From the IMG/VR virus record IMGVR_UViG_3300031695_000001: DNA of 64,000 nucleotides. One strand, written 5' to 3'. The notes beneath the pieces were generated by a model. That model did not search any database, was not told the origin of the DNA, and saw only the letters and a list, made by a program, of their open reading frames with translations. The DNA comes from a virus. Each line of letters begins with the position of its first letter. Position 1 is the first letter of the stretch. The translations under genes were made by a program, and so were the position numbers. Below are positions 48,216-58,144 of this stretch, one piece after another.

Positions 48216-48545
48216 CTATACTATGTCTACGTAACTGATAATAGCATCACAGCTATCAGCTAAATTACTTTGTACTAACAATGAATTATTTGCTGGAATA
48301 ATTAATTTCTCTCCACCAAGCATTCCTTTAAAGCTACTATTCGGAGCTACCATTACATCTTTCATAAAGTAACCTTCTACGCTTGTATCGTCCTTAACAT
48401 AAATGTTAACGTTAATAGCAAACTCAGTTATATTTGCAATATTGATTCCTAATACAGTAGCGTTAGTTGATCCGTCACTTGCAAACACTTCAATCTTTTG
48501 TGTTCCTATATCTTTAATAATTTTGTTTCTAAAATATGTTGCCAT
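48216..48545 (-). CDS. small virion adaptor-like protein
   Basis: 109 aa; TVLGINIAN, GGEKLII, SYVDI. Confidence 0.6.
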   Translation of the reverse strand: MATYFRNKIIKDIGTQKIEVFASDGSTNATVLGINIANITEFAINVNIYVKDDTSVEGYFMKDVMVAPNSSFKGMLGGEKLIIPANNSLLVQSNLADSCDAIISYVDIV

Positions 48546-48549
48546 TTTT

Positions 48550-51500
48550 TTATCCTAACGCTAATACGTATTCTAATGCCAGCGACTCTGCATCACCAAA
48601 ACTTATGCCGCCGCTTGAGCCTGCAACGGATACCCAGTTAGTTCCGTTATATAATTCTACTCTAGCCGCTTGTGTGTTATATCTAGTCATTCCTAATTCA
48701 GAGCCACTTGGTGCTGGACGAGTGGCATCTGTGCCTACCGGAATAACTATTCCTTTTGTTCCTCCAAACTTAAAATATCCACTGCCTGTGTTCTCAAAAA
48801 CAGTATTAGAATTAGAAACTGTATTTTTAATAATATTGTTTTTAATACTAAAGTTATCTATTACAACACTACCAGTGCCGTTAGCAAGTAAGTTTAAGTC
48901 TGTGTTAGTACTTATCGTTGTGATAGTACTGCTGTCAATTTCTATATCTGCAACTTCTAACTTGTTTGTAACAAACTTAGTTGCTTCTAAACTAGCAGTT
49001 AGTGTGCCTGCATTATAAAATCTAATAATATTGTCATTTGCACCAGGAGTATTTTCCGCTGTTATCTTAGTGTCGCCGTCTTGGTCTTCAAGTTTTGTAC
49101 TTAACTCTACCCAGCTACCGTTATACCCTTCAAACTTATTAGTAGTAGTGTTGTATCGTGTCATGCCTGTTACAGGACTAGCGTTCCGTTGGGCTGTTGT
49201 ACCTTTTGGAAGTAGCATACTATCAGTACTGTTAACTTGCAGTATACCTGATGCTGGAGTTAATACCATATCTCCATCTGTGCTTAACACGTTTGTATTG
49301 AAACTAAAGTTTCCAGTAACAACACTACCGCTGCCGTTTGCACGTAGTTCTAAATCACTGTTACTTGTGGTAGTAGTAATAAAGTTATCATCAATTAGTA
49401 TATCACCAGTTGTAAAGCTGTTTGCTGTAATCTTGCCTGTGCTATCTAATTGGGTAAGTGTAACTGTTCCGTTAACTGTAAGATCTTTTGTAATAACAAC
49501 ATTGTTAGTCGGAACTAAAATAGTACCAGTGCCATTTGCACGTAGTTCTAAATTACTGTTTGATGCAGTAGTAGTAATAAAGTTATCATCGATTCTTATG
49601 TCTTCAAAGTCAGCAATTCCTGTTACAGACAATATTCCAGTTATGGTTGCATTGTTTGCATTAAACCCACTAGTTGATTGTACATTTGCAAAGTTAGTTG
49701 TTCCGTTAATCTGTAAGTTGTTTGTAATAACAACATTGTCATTAGGAATAACAACACGGCCTGTGCCATTTGCTTTAAGTTCTAAATCACTGTTAGATAA
49801 TGTAGTAGTAATAATGTTGTCGTTAATTTGAATATCTTCAAAATCAATCTGACCGTTAATTGTCATAGTGTCATTTACTACAATGTTTCCAGTAGTAATA
49901 TTTTCAGCAGTTACTGAGTCTAATACAGTATTACCACTTACTGTTAAATTGTTATCGATTACAACATTACTTGATGCTACTCTAACAACTCCAGTACCTG
50001 CCGCTTCTAGTTCTAAATCACTATTAGTATCAGTTGTTCTTAACAAGTTTCCTGTAATTTGTATATTTTCAAAAAACGCTTGTCCTAAAATAGACGTTGT
50101 ACCGCTTACATTTAAGTTACCTGTAATAGTTGCAGTTTCACTAACGTTTAAGTTCCGTGGAGTAAATGCTCCTAATACATTTAAATTTTGTTCAATAACA
50201 AGATTGTTACTTGGCAACCTAATAACACCGGTGCCATTTGCTCTAAGTTCTAAATCACTATTAGTATCTGTTGTGCTAATGATGTTATCGTCAATTTGTA
50301 TGTTTTCAAATTGGAACGCTCCATTAACTGTTAGTGTATTAACGTTTAAACTATTTGCACTAATATTTCCGCTTGCTGTAAGACTAGCAAGAGTAGTTGT
50401 TCCTGCAACACTAATGTTTCCTGTAACTGCTAAATTGCTACTAGGAATAGTAACATCACCTGTACCAGACGTACCTAGTTCTAAATCACTATTAGTATCA
50501 GTTGTGCTAATTGTATTATTTTGAATGTTAATATTTTCAAAACTTGCTTGGCCTGCAATAGTTACTCCGCCGGACACATTTAAGTCTCCTGTTACAGTAG
50601 TTACTCCTGATGTTTGGATTATGTTGCCAGCTACTTGTAAATCATTTTGCGCAACTACGTTTCCAGCAAATGTTGCAGTGGAATCAAACTGTGTTGTTCC
50701 GCTAACTGTAAAGTTGTTACTAGGTATTGAAACTGTTCCAGTGCCGTTTGCACTTAATTCTAAATCACTATTACTATCACTAGTGCGAATTCTGTTTCCA
50801 GTAATATTAATATTATCTAAGTCTAATTCATTTGCATAAATCTGATTCCAACGTTTAGTTACTGATCCTAAGTTATAAGTTGCAGTTATATTTGGTGTTA
50901 CATTACTATCTATGTCACCAGTAAATTGAATACTGTCTGTGTCAGCATCGCCAATCGTAATATCACCGCCGATAGTAACGTTTCCTGTTACGTCTAAGTT
51001 TCCAGTTATGCTAGTGTTGTCAGCAAGTATTATACTCCCTGATACACTTGATATTGTCATGTCTGTTGTAAGAGTTTTTATTGTACTGCCCTGGATTCTA
51101 AAGTCTCCAGTTTCAATTTTAGTACCATCAATAAATGTAGTATCACTACCTGTTTGGAACGTTAATCCATTAGTAGTAATAACTTCTAAGTTCGCTGTGT
51201 TAAATTGCACTTGCCCAGTTTCCTGGTCAACAAAGAATGCATCGCCAACTCTAAAGTCACCTCTATGGTCAACACTAGTAAAATGCACTTTAGCTGAGTT
51301 AGCTTCAACAACTTCATTTGCTTGTACAACTGTTGAATTATCATTATCAACTGCTTTGCCGTTACCTATGTATGCAAAGTTTTGCCCAACTAGGTATATT
51401 TTTACACCTGGGCCGTCACCGTATGCTCCGTGTGTACCATATACGTTTGCGCTACCAATTGCTCTAAGTTCGCCGCCAAAGTCAGATACATCAAACAAGT

Positions 51501-53679
51501 CGATAAAGTTAGCAGTTGCTCCTCCACTAAATTCTATATTTTGTGCAATTTTAACATCTTCTTCAAACTTAACAGCCGCATTCACTCCGTCGAAGTGTGA
51601 TAAGAACTTTGTTTCTGCGTCACCAATAAGTGCGGCACTAGCAACAGTAAATCCTGCATCTGATGAGTATCTTGAACTTTTGCTAATTCTAACATCGTCA
51701 ATGTATCCACCTACTGCTGTTTCGCCAGCAAAGGTTGCACCTATTCTTACAGGCTTACTTGTTCCATAATTATTGTTGTCGAGTATTGCAGTACCAATCT
51801 TAGTACCGTCTAAGTATAATTTAGTTGTGTTCGCCAGTCTACTTACAGCAATATGATGCCATGTATTTGCAGATAATGTTCCGCCTGTAATTCGCGTTAC
51901 GTCTGCTACATTAAATTTAAGTGTAGTACCGTCAACCAATAATGTTGGAGTAATGTCTGATACTAGTCCTGCACGTAAATCAAATACTGTTTGTATTCCA
52001 CTTACTGCACTCAATCTAATAAAACATTCTAATGTAAAGTCGCCTGTACCAAATCCAAAGTCGTCATTGGCGCTCATACTTATATAGTCACCAGTTCCGT
52101 CTAATAGTAAACTAGCACTACCAAACTTCTTTTGTGCGGTACTTAGCTGTGCATTACCAACTGCACTTTGATTCTTTGCTTGGCGTGTTGTAACCTCAGA
52201 TACGCCTGCAAGTTTTCCAGCTATATAAAACTTACCGTCTGCGTCTTTACTAGCAATTGTTCCTGTACCTAGTACACTACTTCCGTCGATACTTTTTAAA
52301 GTAAACGTTTCGGCTGCCGCAAATGATCCTGTTAATCCGTTTACTCTTATTGCAGTTCTACCTGCATTTTTTAAGCCTGCTGATCCATCAACTGCATATA
52401 ATCCTTTTGAAGCAAAGTAAGTAAACGAGTTTAACCATTCAACTCGTGTTCCGTTAGTTATTGAAAGTCCGTTAACACCCGGAGTAATAAATGTTACTGC
52501 ATGAAATAAACAGCCTGCTTCTTTACTAGTTGCGTGTGCTACTTGTCCGTCTAAGTATGCTCCGCAACCTGCATCTCCTTGATCAAATCCTCTAGGATCG
52601 CCTGAGCTAACAACTGACCCTGCTGTTATTACACTTACATTTCTAATATAAGGGCTTCTAGAAGTTACTGTAATATTAGTTGCAAATTTAAATGCGTAAC
52701 CTTCGTTTGCGCCGCTATTGAAAAAGAAGTCTTTAACAGTTAAATCTTCAACAGTAACTTCGCCATTGAGTAAAAATGCATCATTGTTATTAGTGCCCAC
52801 TGTAGGTGTAATATTAACAGTACGCATACTGTGGCCTTTAACAGTTACACCTGCTGGAATAGTCATAGGAAATACTTCTACATAATCTCCTGGATATATA
52901 TGAATTGTATCACCGGCTGTTGCAAGTGTTAATGCCTTTGTTATTGTAAGTACCGGGTTGTTTTGATGCAGACCTGCGTTTGAATCATTGCCACCCTTTG
53001 CTACATAATAAATGTTATCGTGTGTTAATCCTAAATTAACATTTCCAACATTTAATGTAGTTGAATTGATATTAGTAGCAGTAACCGTAGTTGCCCAAAC
53101 GTTATCCCACCGCTTTGCTGTGCTACCTAAATTGTATGTGTTGTTTGCATCTGGAATAACATCACTAGCTATTTCAGCGTTAATAGTAATGTTATCAGTA
53201 TTTGCATCACCTAATGTAATGTTGCCGTTTGCTGTAATATTACCAGTTGCATGTAAGTTACCAGTTACATTTGTGTTAGCTAATAGCTCAATGGTTCCTG
53301 TGCCGTTTGCATCAATTTCTAAATTAGCATTAGACTCGTTTGTAGAAATAGTATTTCCTACAAGAGTCATCGAATCAATAGTTAATCTGTTTTGATATAT
53401 AACTTCGTCAGCAGTACCTAATAATAAGTTGCCGTTAGGGTTAGTAATTGAATTGCCGCTGAGTTGAATTGTACCAACTGTTAGTGTTCCGGATGCCCTT
53501 AGATTAGTAGCGTTAAGTGTTCCTGCTACGTCTAAATCATATTGAGGAGTTGCTGTGTTAACACCAATGCGACTGTTGTTAACATCTAGATATAATAAGT
53601 CCGTCTCAAATGCTAAGTCTACCCCGTTTCGAACGAGATTTGACTTTAAGAGCGGACCGGATATGCGACCTACAGCCAT
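48550..53679 (-). CDS. giant tail fibre-like protein with beta-helix, LamG/concanavalin-like domain and repeats, 1709 aa
   Basis: MAVGRISG start, YYVAKGGND, SPYIRN core, LamG motif (KFGSASL..DGTGDY...GDFTLE...WHHIAVSR...YIDDVRIS, ~51590-52150), SNSDLEL.ANGTG repeats, PxGTTAQR...RYNT tail. Confidence 0.75.
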   Translation of the reverse strand: MAVGRISGPLLKSNLVRNGVDLAFETDLLYLDVNNSRIGVNTATPQYDLDVAGTLNATNLRASGTLTVGTIQLSGNSITNPNGNLLLGTADEVIYQNRLTIDSMTLVGNTISTNESNANLEIDANGTGTIELLANTNVTGNLHATGNITANGNITLGDANTDNITINAEIASDVIPDANNTYNLGSTAKRWDNVWATTVTATNINSTTLNVGNVNLGLTHDNIYYVAKGGNDSNAGLHQNNPVLTITKALTLATAGDTIHIYPGDYVEVFPMTIPAGVTVKGHSMRTVNITPTVGTNNNDAFLLNGEVTVEDLTVKDFFFNSGANEGYAFKFATNITVTSRSPYIRNVSVITAGSVVSSGDPRGFDQGDAGCGAYLDGQVAHATSKEAGCLFHAVTFITPGVNGLSITNGTRVEWLNSFTYFASKGLYAVDGSAGLKNAGRTAIRVNGLTGSFAAAETFTLKSIDGSSVLGTGTIASKDADGKFYIAGKLAGVSEVTTRQAKNQSAVGNAQLSTAQKKFGSASLLLDGTGDYISMSANDDFGFGTGDFTLECFIRLSAVSGIQTVFDLRAGLVSDITPTLLVDGTTLKFNVADVTRITGGTLSANTWHHIAVSRLANTTKLYLDGTKIGTAILDNNNYGTSKPVRIGATFAGETAVGGYIDDVRISKSSRYSSDAGFTVASAALIGDAETKFLSHFDGVNAAVKFEEDVKIAQNIEFSGGATANFIDLFDVSDFGGELRAIGSANVYGTHGAYGDGPGVKIYLVGQNFAYIGNGKAVDNDNSTVVQANEVVEANSAKVHFTSVDHRGDFRVGDAFFVDQETGQVQFNTANLEVITTNGLTFQTGSDTTFIDGTKIETGDFRIQGSTIKTLTTDMTISSVSGSIILADNTSITGNLDVTGNVTIGGDITIGDADTDSIQFTGDIDSNVTPNITATYNLGSVTKRWNQIYANELDLDNINITGNRIRTSDSNSDLELSANGTGTVSIPSNNFTVSGTTQFDSTATFAGNVVAQNDLQVAGNIIQTSGVTTVTGDLNVSGGVTIAGQASFENINIQNNTISTTDTNSDLELGTSGTGDVTIPSSNLAVTGNISVAGTTTLASLTASGNISANSLNVNTLTVNGAFQFENIQIDDNIISTTDTNSDLELRANGTGVIRLPSNNLVIEQNLNVLGAFTPRNLNVSETATITGNLNVSGTTSILGQAFFENIQITGNLLRTTDTNSDLELEAAGTGVVRVASSNVVIDNNLTVSGNTVLDSVTAENITTGNIVVNDTMTINGQIDFEDIQINDNIITTTLSNSDLELKANGTGRVVIPNDNVVITNNLQINGTTNFANVQSTSGFNANNATITGILSVTGIADFEDIRIDDNFITTTASNSNLELRANGTGTILVPTNNVVITKDLTVNGTVTLTQLDSTGKITANSFTTGDILIDDNFITTTTSNSDLELRANGSGSVVTGNFSFNTNVLSTDGDMVLTPASGILQVNSTDSMLLPKGTTAQRNASPVTGMTRYNTTTNKFEGYNGSWVELSTKLEDQDGDTKITAENTPGANDNIIRFYNAGTLTASLEATKFVTNKLEVADIEIDSSTITTISTNTDLNLLANGTGSVVIDNFSIKNNIIKNTVSNSNTVFENTGSGYFKFGGTKGIVIPVGTDATRPAPSGSELGMTRYNTQAARVELYNGTNWVSVAGSSGGISFGDAESLALEYVLALG
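49320..50810 (-). repeat. 7 tandem ~65-95 aa repeats (I-x-T-T-x-[ST]NSDLEL-x-ANGTG)
   Basis: Visible in DNA as recurring TTCTAAATCACT(A/G)TTA near 49348, 49780, 50011, 50248, 50479 and 50758, with a variant near 49547. Confidence 0.85.
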
Positions 53680-53787
53680 CTTAACTCCTTAATACGGGGA
53701 TCCTGTCCCTCTAGCCACCTTACGTTGCGGGCTAACCACAGTCTGATAACAACGATACATTTTAGGTCATATCTTTGTTATATAATG
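53680..53787 (-). ncRNA. candidate structured 5' leader (cis-regulatory RNA)
   Basis: ~105-nt leader after the ATAAATA box at 53788-53794. Two stems: AUAACAA..GAUAU/GUAUC..UUGUUAU and UUAGCC/GGCUAG. GC-rich relative to its surroundings. Confidence 0.4.
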
Positions 53788-53816
53788 TATTTATGTGATT
53801 GTAGAATTTGTGGCTA

Positions 53817-56800
53817 CTAGCCAAATATGATAGTGTAAGTGTTTAACAAATCTTCCATATCACTTAATGATGCCGCACCGCCGCTTCCAACGGCTGTTGT
53901 CCAGGACACACCGGTAAACACTTCTAAGTAAGAAAGCTCAGTATTATATCGAGTATGTCCTCGTTCTGGTGATGGTTCTCTTTGAGCTGATGTACCAGAC
54001 GGAAATACCATTCCTTTGTTATCTGTAAATTTTGCATAGCCAGTCCCAGAGGCGTTATCAAAAGTAACTGCACCGCCATTATCAGCAATAAATTTATTAT
54101 CCTGAGCATGAAAGTCTCCAAACGTAACTCTAGCATGTCTAGCATCTAGTGTAAGATTTGTGTCTGTTCCAGTAACAGTAATATTGTTGTCTGATAGGGT
54201 TATTCCACTAAGTTCAACTTTGTTAAATTCAGTTTTATTATTACTAGTAAATTTAGAAACAATTGATCCGTTTACTTTAAAATTTAAGTCATTGCTAATA
54301 CCAAGTGTTGATAGTTCTATTCCTGTGTTAAGGTCATCTGACAATAATGCACTACTCAATACCCGACTAGTAGTTGGTCCGTATCCTACTACTTGATTTA
54401 CACTAGTGTTATATCTAATCGAACCAATTGTTTGTGATGCATTTTCTTGTGCAGTTGTACCCTTTGGAACTATCATTGACCCTGTTGTATTAATAGTTAG
54501 TACATCAGCTGGATCTAATTGTAAGTTGCCACTTGTGTTTGTAAAAACATTAGTTCCAAACGTTAGTCCATTATAATCAACAGTTCCGGTGCCATTTGCA
54601 TTAAGTTCTAAGTTGCTGTTACTAACCGTTGTTTCTATAAAGTTATCATTAATTTGTATGTTGCCAAGTACTTCAAGTGATCCTAAATCTACATCATTTT
54701 GTATATTAATGTTTGCCGCATATAGCTTGCCTGTTACTGTAATTCCGTTAGTTATCTCAACGTCTTCGTGCATTCTAACAGTGCCAGTACCGCTTGCACG
54801 TAACTCTAAATTAACATCGGTTGCTGTAGTTTTAATCGTGTTGCCACTTATTCTTACGTTATCAATTTGTACTGGAATTCCTGCACTACTTGTATTCAAA
54901 CTAGATACTGTAAGATTTACAGTATCAAAATCATTTGCAACAGATACAACACCAATAGTAGTTACACCATTAACAGTTAATCCGTTTTCAATAGTAACGT
55001 TGTCATTAAAGTTAACTACGCCAGTACCGTTTGCTCTAAGTTCTAAATTGGCATTTGAATCTTTTGTACTAATTACATTACCGCTTAAAGATATGCCTTC
55101 AAATATACTGCTACCAACACCTGTAATCCCAGTAGCAGTTATATTATTTGCAGTAAGTGTATTAGTTACTGTAGTCGATTGTAATGAAGTTTCTTTAGTT
55201 GTTGTTAAGTTATTACTAACAATAAAGTTTTCTTTAATCTTTACATTGCCTGTTCCAGTACCGCTTAATGTAAGATCACTGTTGCTTGAAGTTGTAGAAA
55301 TCTTGTTGCCACTAAGCATAATATCTTCAAATATAATTTGCTTATTTGTCGAGTTTAATGTTTGTACTATTAAGTTGTTAGCGCCTAAATTGTTTGTTGA
55401 TGTTGTAGCAACATTACTAGTTGTTGGTGTTATTACATCGCCTGCTAGTTCGACGTTATTTTTAAATCTAACACTGCCAGTTCCAGATGCCCTAAGCTCT
55501 AAGTCACTATTACTAGTAGTAGTTGATATCATGTTATCAGCAATAGCTACATTTTCTATAACAGCATCACCTGTGAGTGTAATGTTTTGTGAAAGGAATT
55601 CCTCTGCAATAACTGCATCGAGACCAGATACGTTTACTAAACTAAAACTAGCAACAGGTGCTATTAAGTCTCGGCCTAATACTAAATCTGCTAATACTCT
55701 AACTGTACCAGTGCCTGCTGGAACAATTTGTAAATTAGAACTAGCCGAAGTGCCTTGTAAAACATTTCCAGTAAATGACACATTATCAATTGCAACAAAT
55801 CCTTGTGCAGTTAATGTAGGTGCTGTTGTTGCTAGTAACGTTGCATTATTACTTGTAATATTATTAGCAACAGATACGTTACCAGTTACTCCGGCAGTAC
55901 TTGAAAATGTGTTTGTTGCTCCGGTAGTTTGAGTAAAGGTATTATAAAATCTAGCAGGTCCTACAATAGATACCGTGCCACTACCTGCGGCTTCTAGCTC
56001 TAATCCTGCGTTTGATAACGTAGTGGAAATACTATTTCCTGTTAGGTCAATAGTAGTAAGTACTGCATTGTGCCCTGTTACTTTATCCCAGCGTTTAGCA
56101 CTGCTACCAATTGTATAACTGTTTAAATTAGGAATTAAATTACCTTCAATGTCTGCATTAAAGTCAATCGTATCAGTGTCTGCATTTCCTAGTCTAATTA
56201 GTGTGCCGCCTAGTGTAACATTACCTGTTACGTTTAAATTGCCCTGCGCTATAGTATTACTAGTAAACGCAATATCGTCTGCATTTGCATCTAATTTTAA
56301 AGTGCCTACAATTGATTCCATTGTAGATCCTGAGAATCTAATAAAATCTGTTTCTACTTTTTCGCCTCTTAAACTAACAGATTGTCCGCCTGTCGATACT
56401 GATAATTTCTCAACACCACTAAAGTCAAAGTTAGTAGAATCAATTACAGTTTCTCCTGTCTCCTGATTTACTATTAAAGCAGATCCTACTCGATAAGTGC
56501 CGTCTTGGTCCATTGACGTAAATAATATATTAGCACTATTTAATTCAGTAACTTCGTTTGCAGGTACAACTAATGTCTTATCGTTACTTGTATCTTTGCC
56601 AGTACCAATATATCCAAAGTTATGATTTACTAAGTAGATTAAATTACTTGCGCCGTCAGCTTCGATACCTTTAGTGCCGTATACATTTGCACTACCAATA
56701 CATCGTATTTCTGCGCCAAACTTTACACCTTGTCCTGCTTGCCCAGTAGACCCTTGTTCAGCTTTAATTCCAATTGATGCAAAGTAAGCAAACGAATTTA

Positions 56801-58061
56801 ACCATTCAATCCTTACACCGTTTCTTGCTGTTAATCCTTGTTGTCCTGGAGTAATAAATGTTGCCGCATGGAATAACATACCTGCTTCTTTAGATACTGT
56901 TGTAACACTTGCTCCGTCAACTAACGCTCCGCGTCCTGCATCTCCTTGATCAAACCCTCTAGGATCTCCTGCACTTGTTACACTACCTTTAGTAATAACT
57001 GTACAGTTTCTAATATAAGGACTTCGTGATGTTACTACAGAACTTGCTTTATATCTAAATCCATAACCAGTATCAGCACCACTATTATAATAGAAGTCTT
57101 TAACAGTTAAGTTTTCAATAGTCACTTCACCGTTAACTAAAAATGCATCATTAGACTCAGTTGCTCCAGTTGGTGTAATAATAACATTGCGCATATCTTG
57201 TCCAGTTATTGTTACATTTACTGGTACAGTTAAAGGAAACGTTTCTACATAAGTTCCTGGAGATATGTGTATAGTATCGCCCGAGGATACTAATGTTAAT
57301 GCCTTTGTTAATGTTAATACAGGATCTAATTGATGGTCGCCTGTAAATGTGTTGTTACCATTTTTAGCAACATAGTATATATTACCTTGTCTGTTAGTAA
57401 TGTTAACACCGTTAACTATTGCTGTAGTTCCGGTAATATCAGTTGCTGTTACATCGTCTGCCCAAACGTTTGCCCAGCGTCTACTAGTACTGCCTAAATT
57501 ATATGTTGCTGTTACATCTGGAATAACATCACTTACAAGCTCTCCTGTAAATGTTAAATCGTCATCGCCGTCGTTACCAATTGTAATTGATCCGTCTGAA
57601 GTTATAGTTCCACTAGCTTGAATATTACCAGTAACATTTGTGTTTGTTAGAAACTCAATAGTTCCAGAAGCGTTTGGATCAAATTCTATACTTGCGTTAC
57701 TTAGGTAACTGTATATTTTGTTGTCGCGAAGTAATAGTTGATCAGTGCCTATACCAGTTGCAACTACTCCAGTACTCCCTGAAAGTGTTATTGCTCCGCT
57801 TAATGCTGTAAATCCTGTAGGTCTAAATTGTAAGTTTCCAATAGCAACAGTAGTTTGTGACCGTAAGTTTGTAGCACTTGCTGTGCCAGTAATAGATAAA
57901 TCTTGTGACGGGGCAGTTGTGTTGACACCAATTTTGTTATTAACTACGTCAAGTTTAAGAACAGGAGTACTAGCACTTAAATTTCTAAAATCTAAGTTAA
58001 CATTTTGTCTTAGAAGATCGTCCTCTAAGACTTGCCCGCTTATTCTTCCTAATTGACTCAT
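53817..58061 (-). CDS. giant tail fibre-like protein, 1414 aa (paralogue of 48550..53679, lacks LamG)
   Basis: MSQLGRISG start, YYVAKNGN, SPYIRN, GDPRGFDQGDAG shared core, SN..LEL.A.GTG repeats (~54580-56050), PxGTxAQ..RYNT tail. CTAAATA box at 58084-58090. Confidence 0.75.
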   Translation of the reverse strand: MSQLGRISGQVLEDDLLRQNVNLDFRNLSASTPVLKLDVVNNKIGVNTTAPSQDLSITGTASATNLRSQTTVAIGNLQFRPTGFTALSGAITLSGSTGVVATGIGTDQLLLRDNKIYSYLSNASIEFDPNASGTIEFLTNTNVTGNIQASGTITSDGSITIGNDGDDDLTFTGELVSDVIPDVTATYNLGSTSRRWANVWADDVTATDITGTTAIVNGVNITNRQGNIYYVAKNGNNTFTGDHQLDPVLTLTKALTLVSSGDTIHISPGTYVETFPLTVPVNVTITGQDMRNVIITPTGATESNDAFLVNGEVTIENLTVKDFYYNSGADTGYGFRYKASSVVTSRSPYIRNCTVITKGSVTSAGDPRGFDQGDAGRGALVDGASVTTVSKEAGMLFHAATFITPGQQGLTARNGVRIEWLNSFAYFASIGIKAEQGSTGQAGQGVKFGAEIRCIGSANVYGTKGIEADGASNLIYLVNHNFGYIGTGKDTSNDKTLVVPANEVTELNSANILFTSMDQDGTYRVGSALIVNQETGETVIDSTNFDFSGVEKLSVSTGGQSVSLRGEKVETDFIRFSGSTMESIVGTLKLDANADDIAFTSNTIAQGNLNVTGNVTLGGTLIRLGNADTDTIDFNADIEGNLIPNLNSYTIGSSAKRWDKVTGHNAVLTTIDLTGNSISTTLSNAGLELEAAGSGTVSIVGPARFYNTFTQTTGATNTFSSTAGVTGNVSVANNITSNNATLLATTAPTLTAQGFVAIDNVSFTGNVLQGTSASSNLQIVPAGTGTVRVLADLVLGRDLIAPVASFSLVNVSGLDAVIAEEFLSQNITLTGDAVIENVAIADNMISTTTSNSDLELRASGTGSVRFKNNVELAGDVITPTTSNVATTSTNNLGANNLIVQTLNSTNKQIIFEDIMLSGNKISTTSSNSDLTLSGTGTGNVKIKENFIVSNNLTTTKETSLQSTTVTNTLTANNITATGITGVGSSIFEGISLSGNVISTKDSNANLELRANGTGVVNFNDNVTIENGLTVNGVTTIGVVSVANDFDTVNLTVSSLNTSSAGIPVQIDNVRISGNTIKTTATDVNLELRASGTGTVRMHEDVEITNGITVTGKLYAANINIQNDVDLGSLEVLGNIQINDNFIETTVSNSNLELNANGTGTVDYNGLTFGTNVFTNTSGNLQLDPADVLTINTTGSMIVPKGTTAQENASQTIGSIRYNTSVNQVVGYGPTTSRVLSSALLSDDLNTGIELSTLGISNDLNFKVNGSIVSKFTSNNKTEFNKVELSGITLSDNNITVTGTDTNLTLDARHARVTFGDFHAQDNKFIADNGGAVTFDNASGTGYAKFTDNKGMVFPSGTSAQREPSPERGHTRYNTELSYLEVFTGVSWTTAVGSGGAASLSDMEDLLNTYTIIFG

Positions 58062-58094
58062 ATCTATCCCTTACTTGTTACAGTATTTAGTCGT

Positions 58095-58119
58095 AAAAAA
58101 AGGCACACTCGGTGCCTTT
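58095..58119 (-). terminator. intrinsic terminator
   Basis: AAAGGCAC-N5-GUGCCUUUUUUU. Confidence 0.8.
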
Positions 58120-58144
58120 CATTATATACATTTAAATGTATTTT

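Noticed and set aside
49320-50810. Recurring ~20-nt DNA motif resembling a CRISPR repeat
   Set aside because: Spacing is ~200-280 nt, in frame, and encodes the protein repeat NSDLEL. No cas genes are present.
54589-55932. 447-aa plus-strand ORF, and similar ORFs at 49031-51769, 24766-25344, 28567-29040 and 36464-37144
   Set aside because: Antisense shadows of G/T/N/V-rich minus-strand genes whose codon bias avoids reverse-strand stops. They have no RBS or promoter and mirror the sense-strand repeats.
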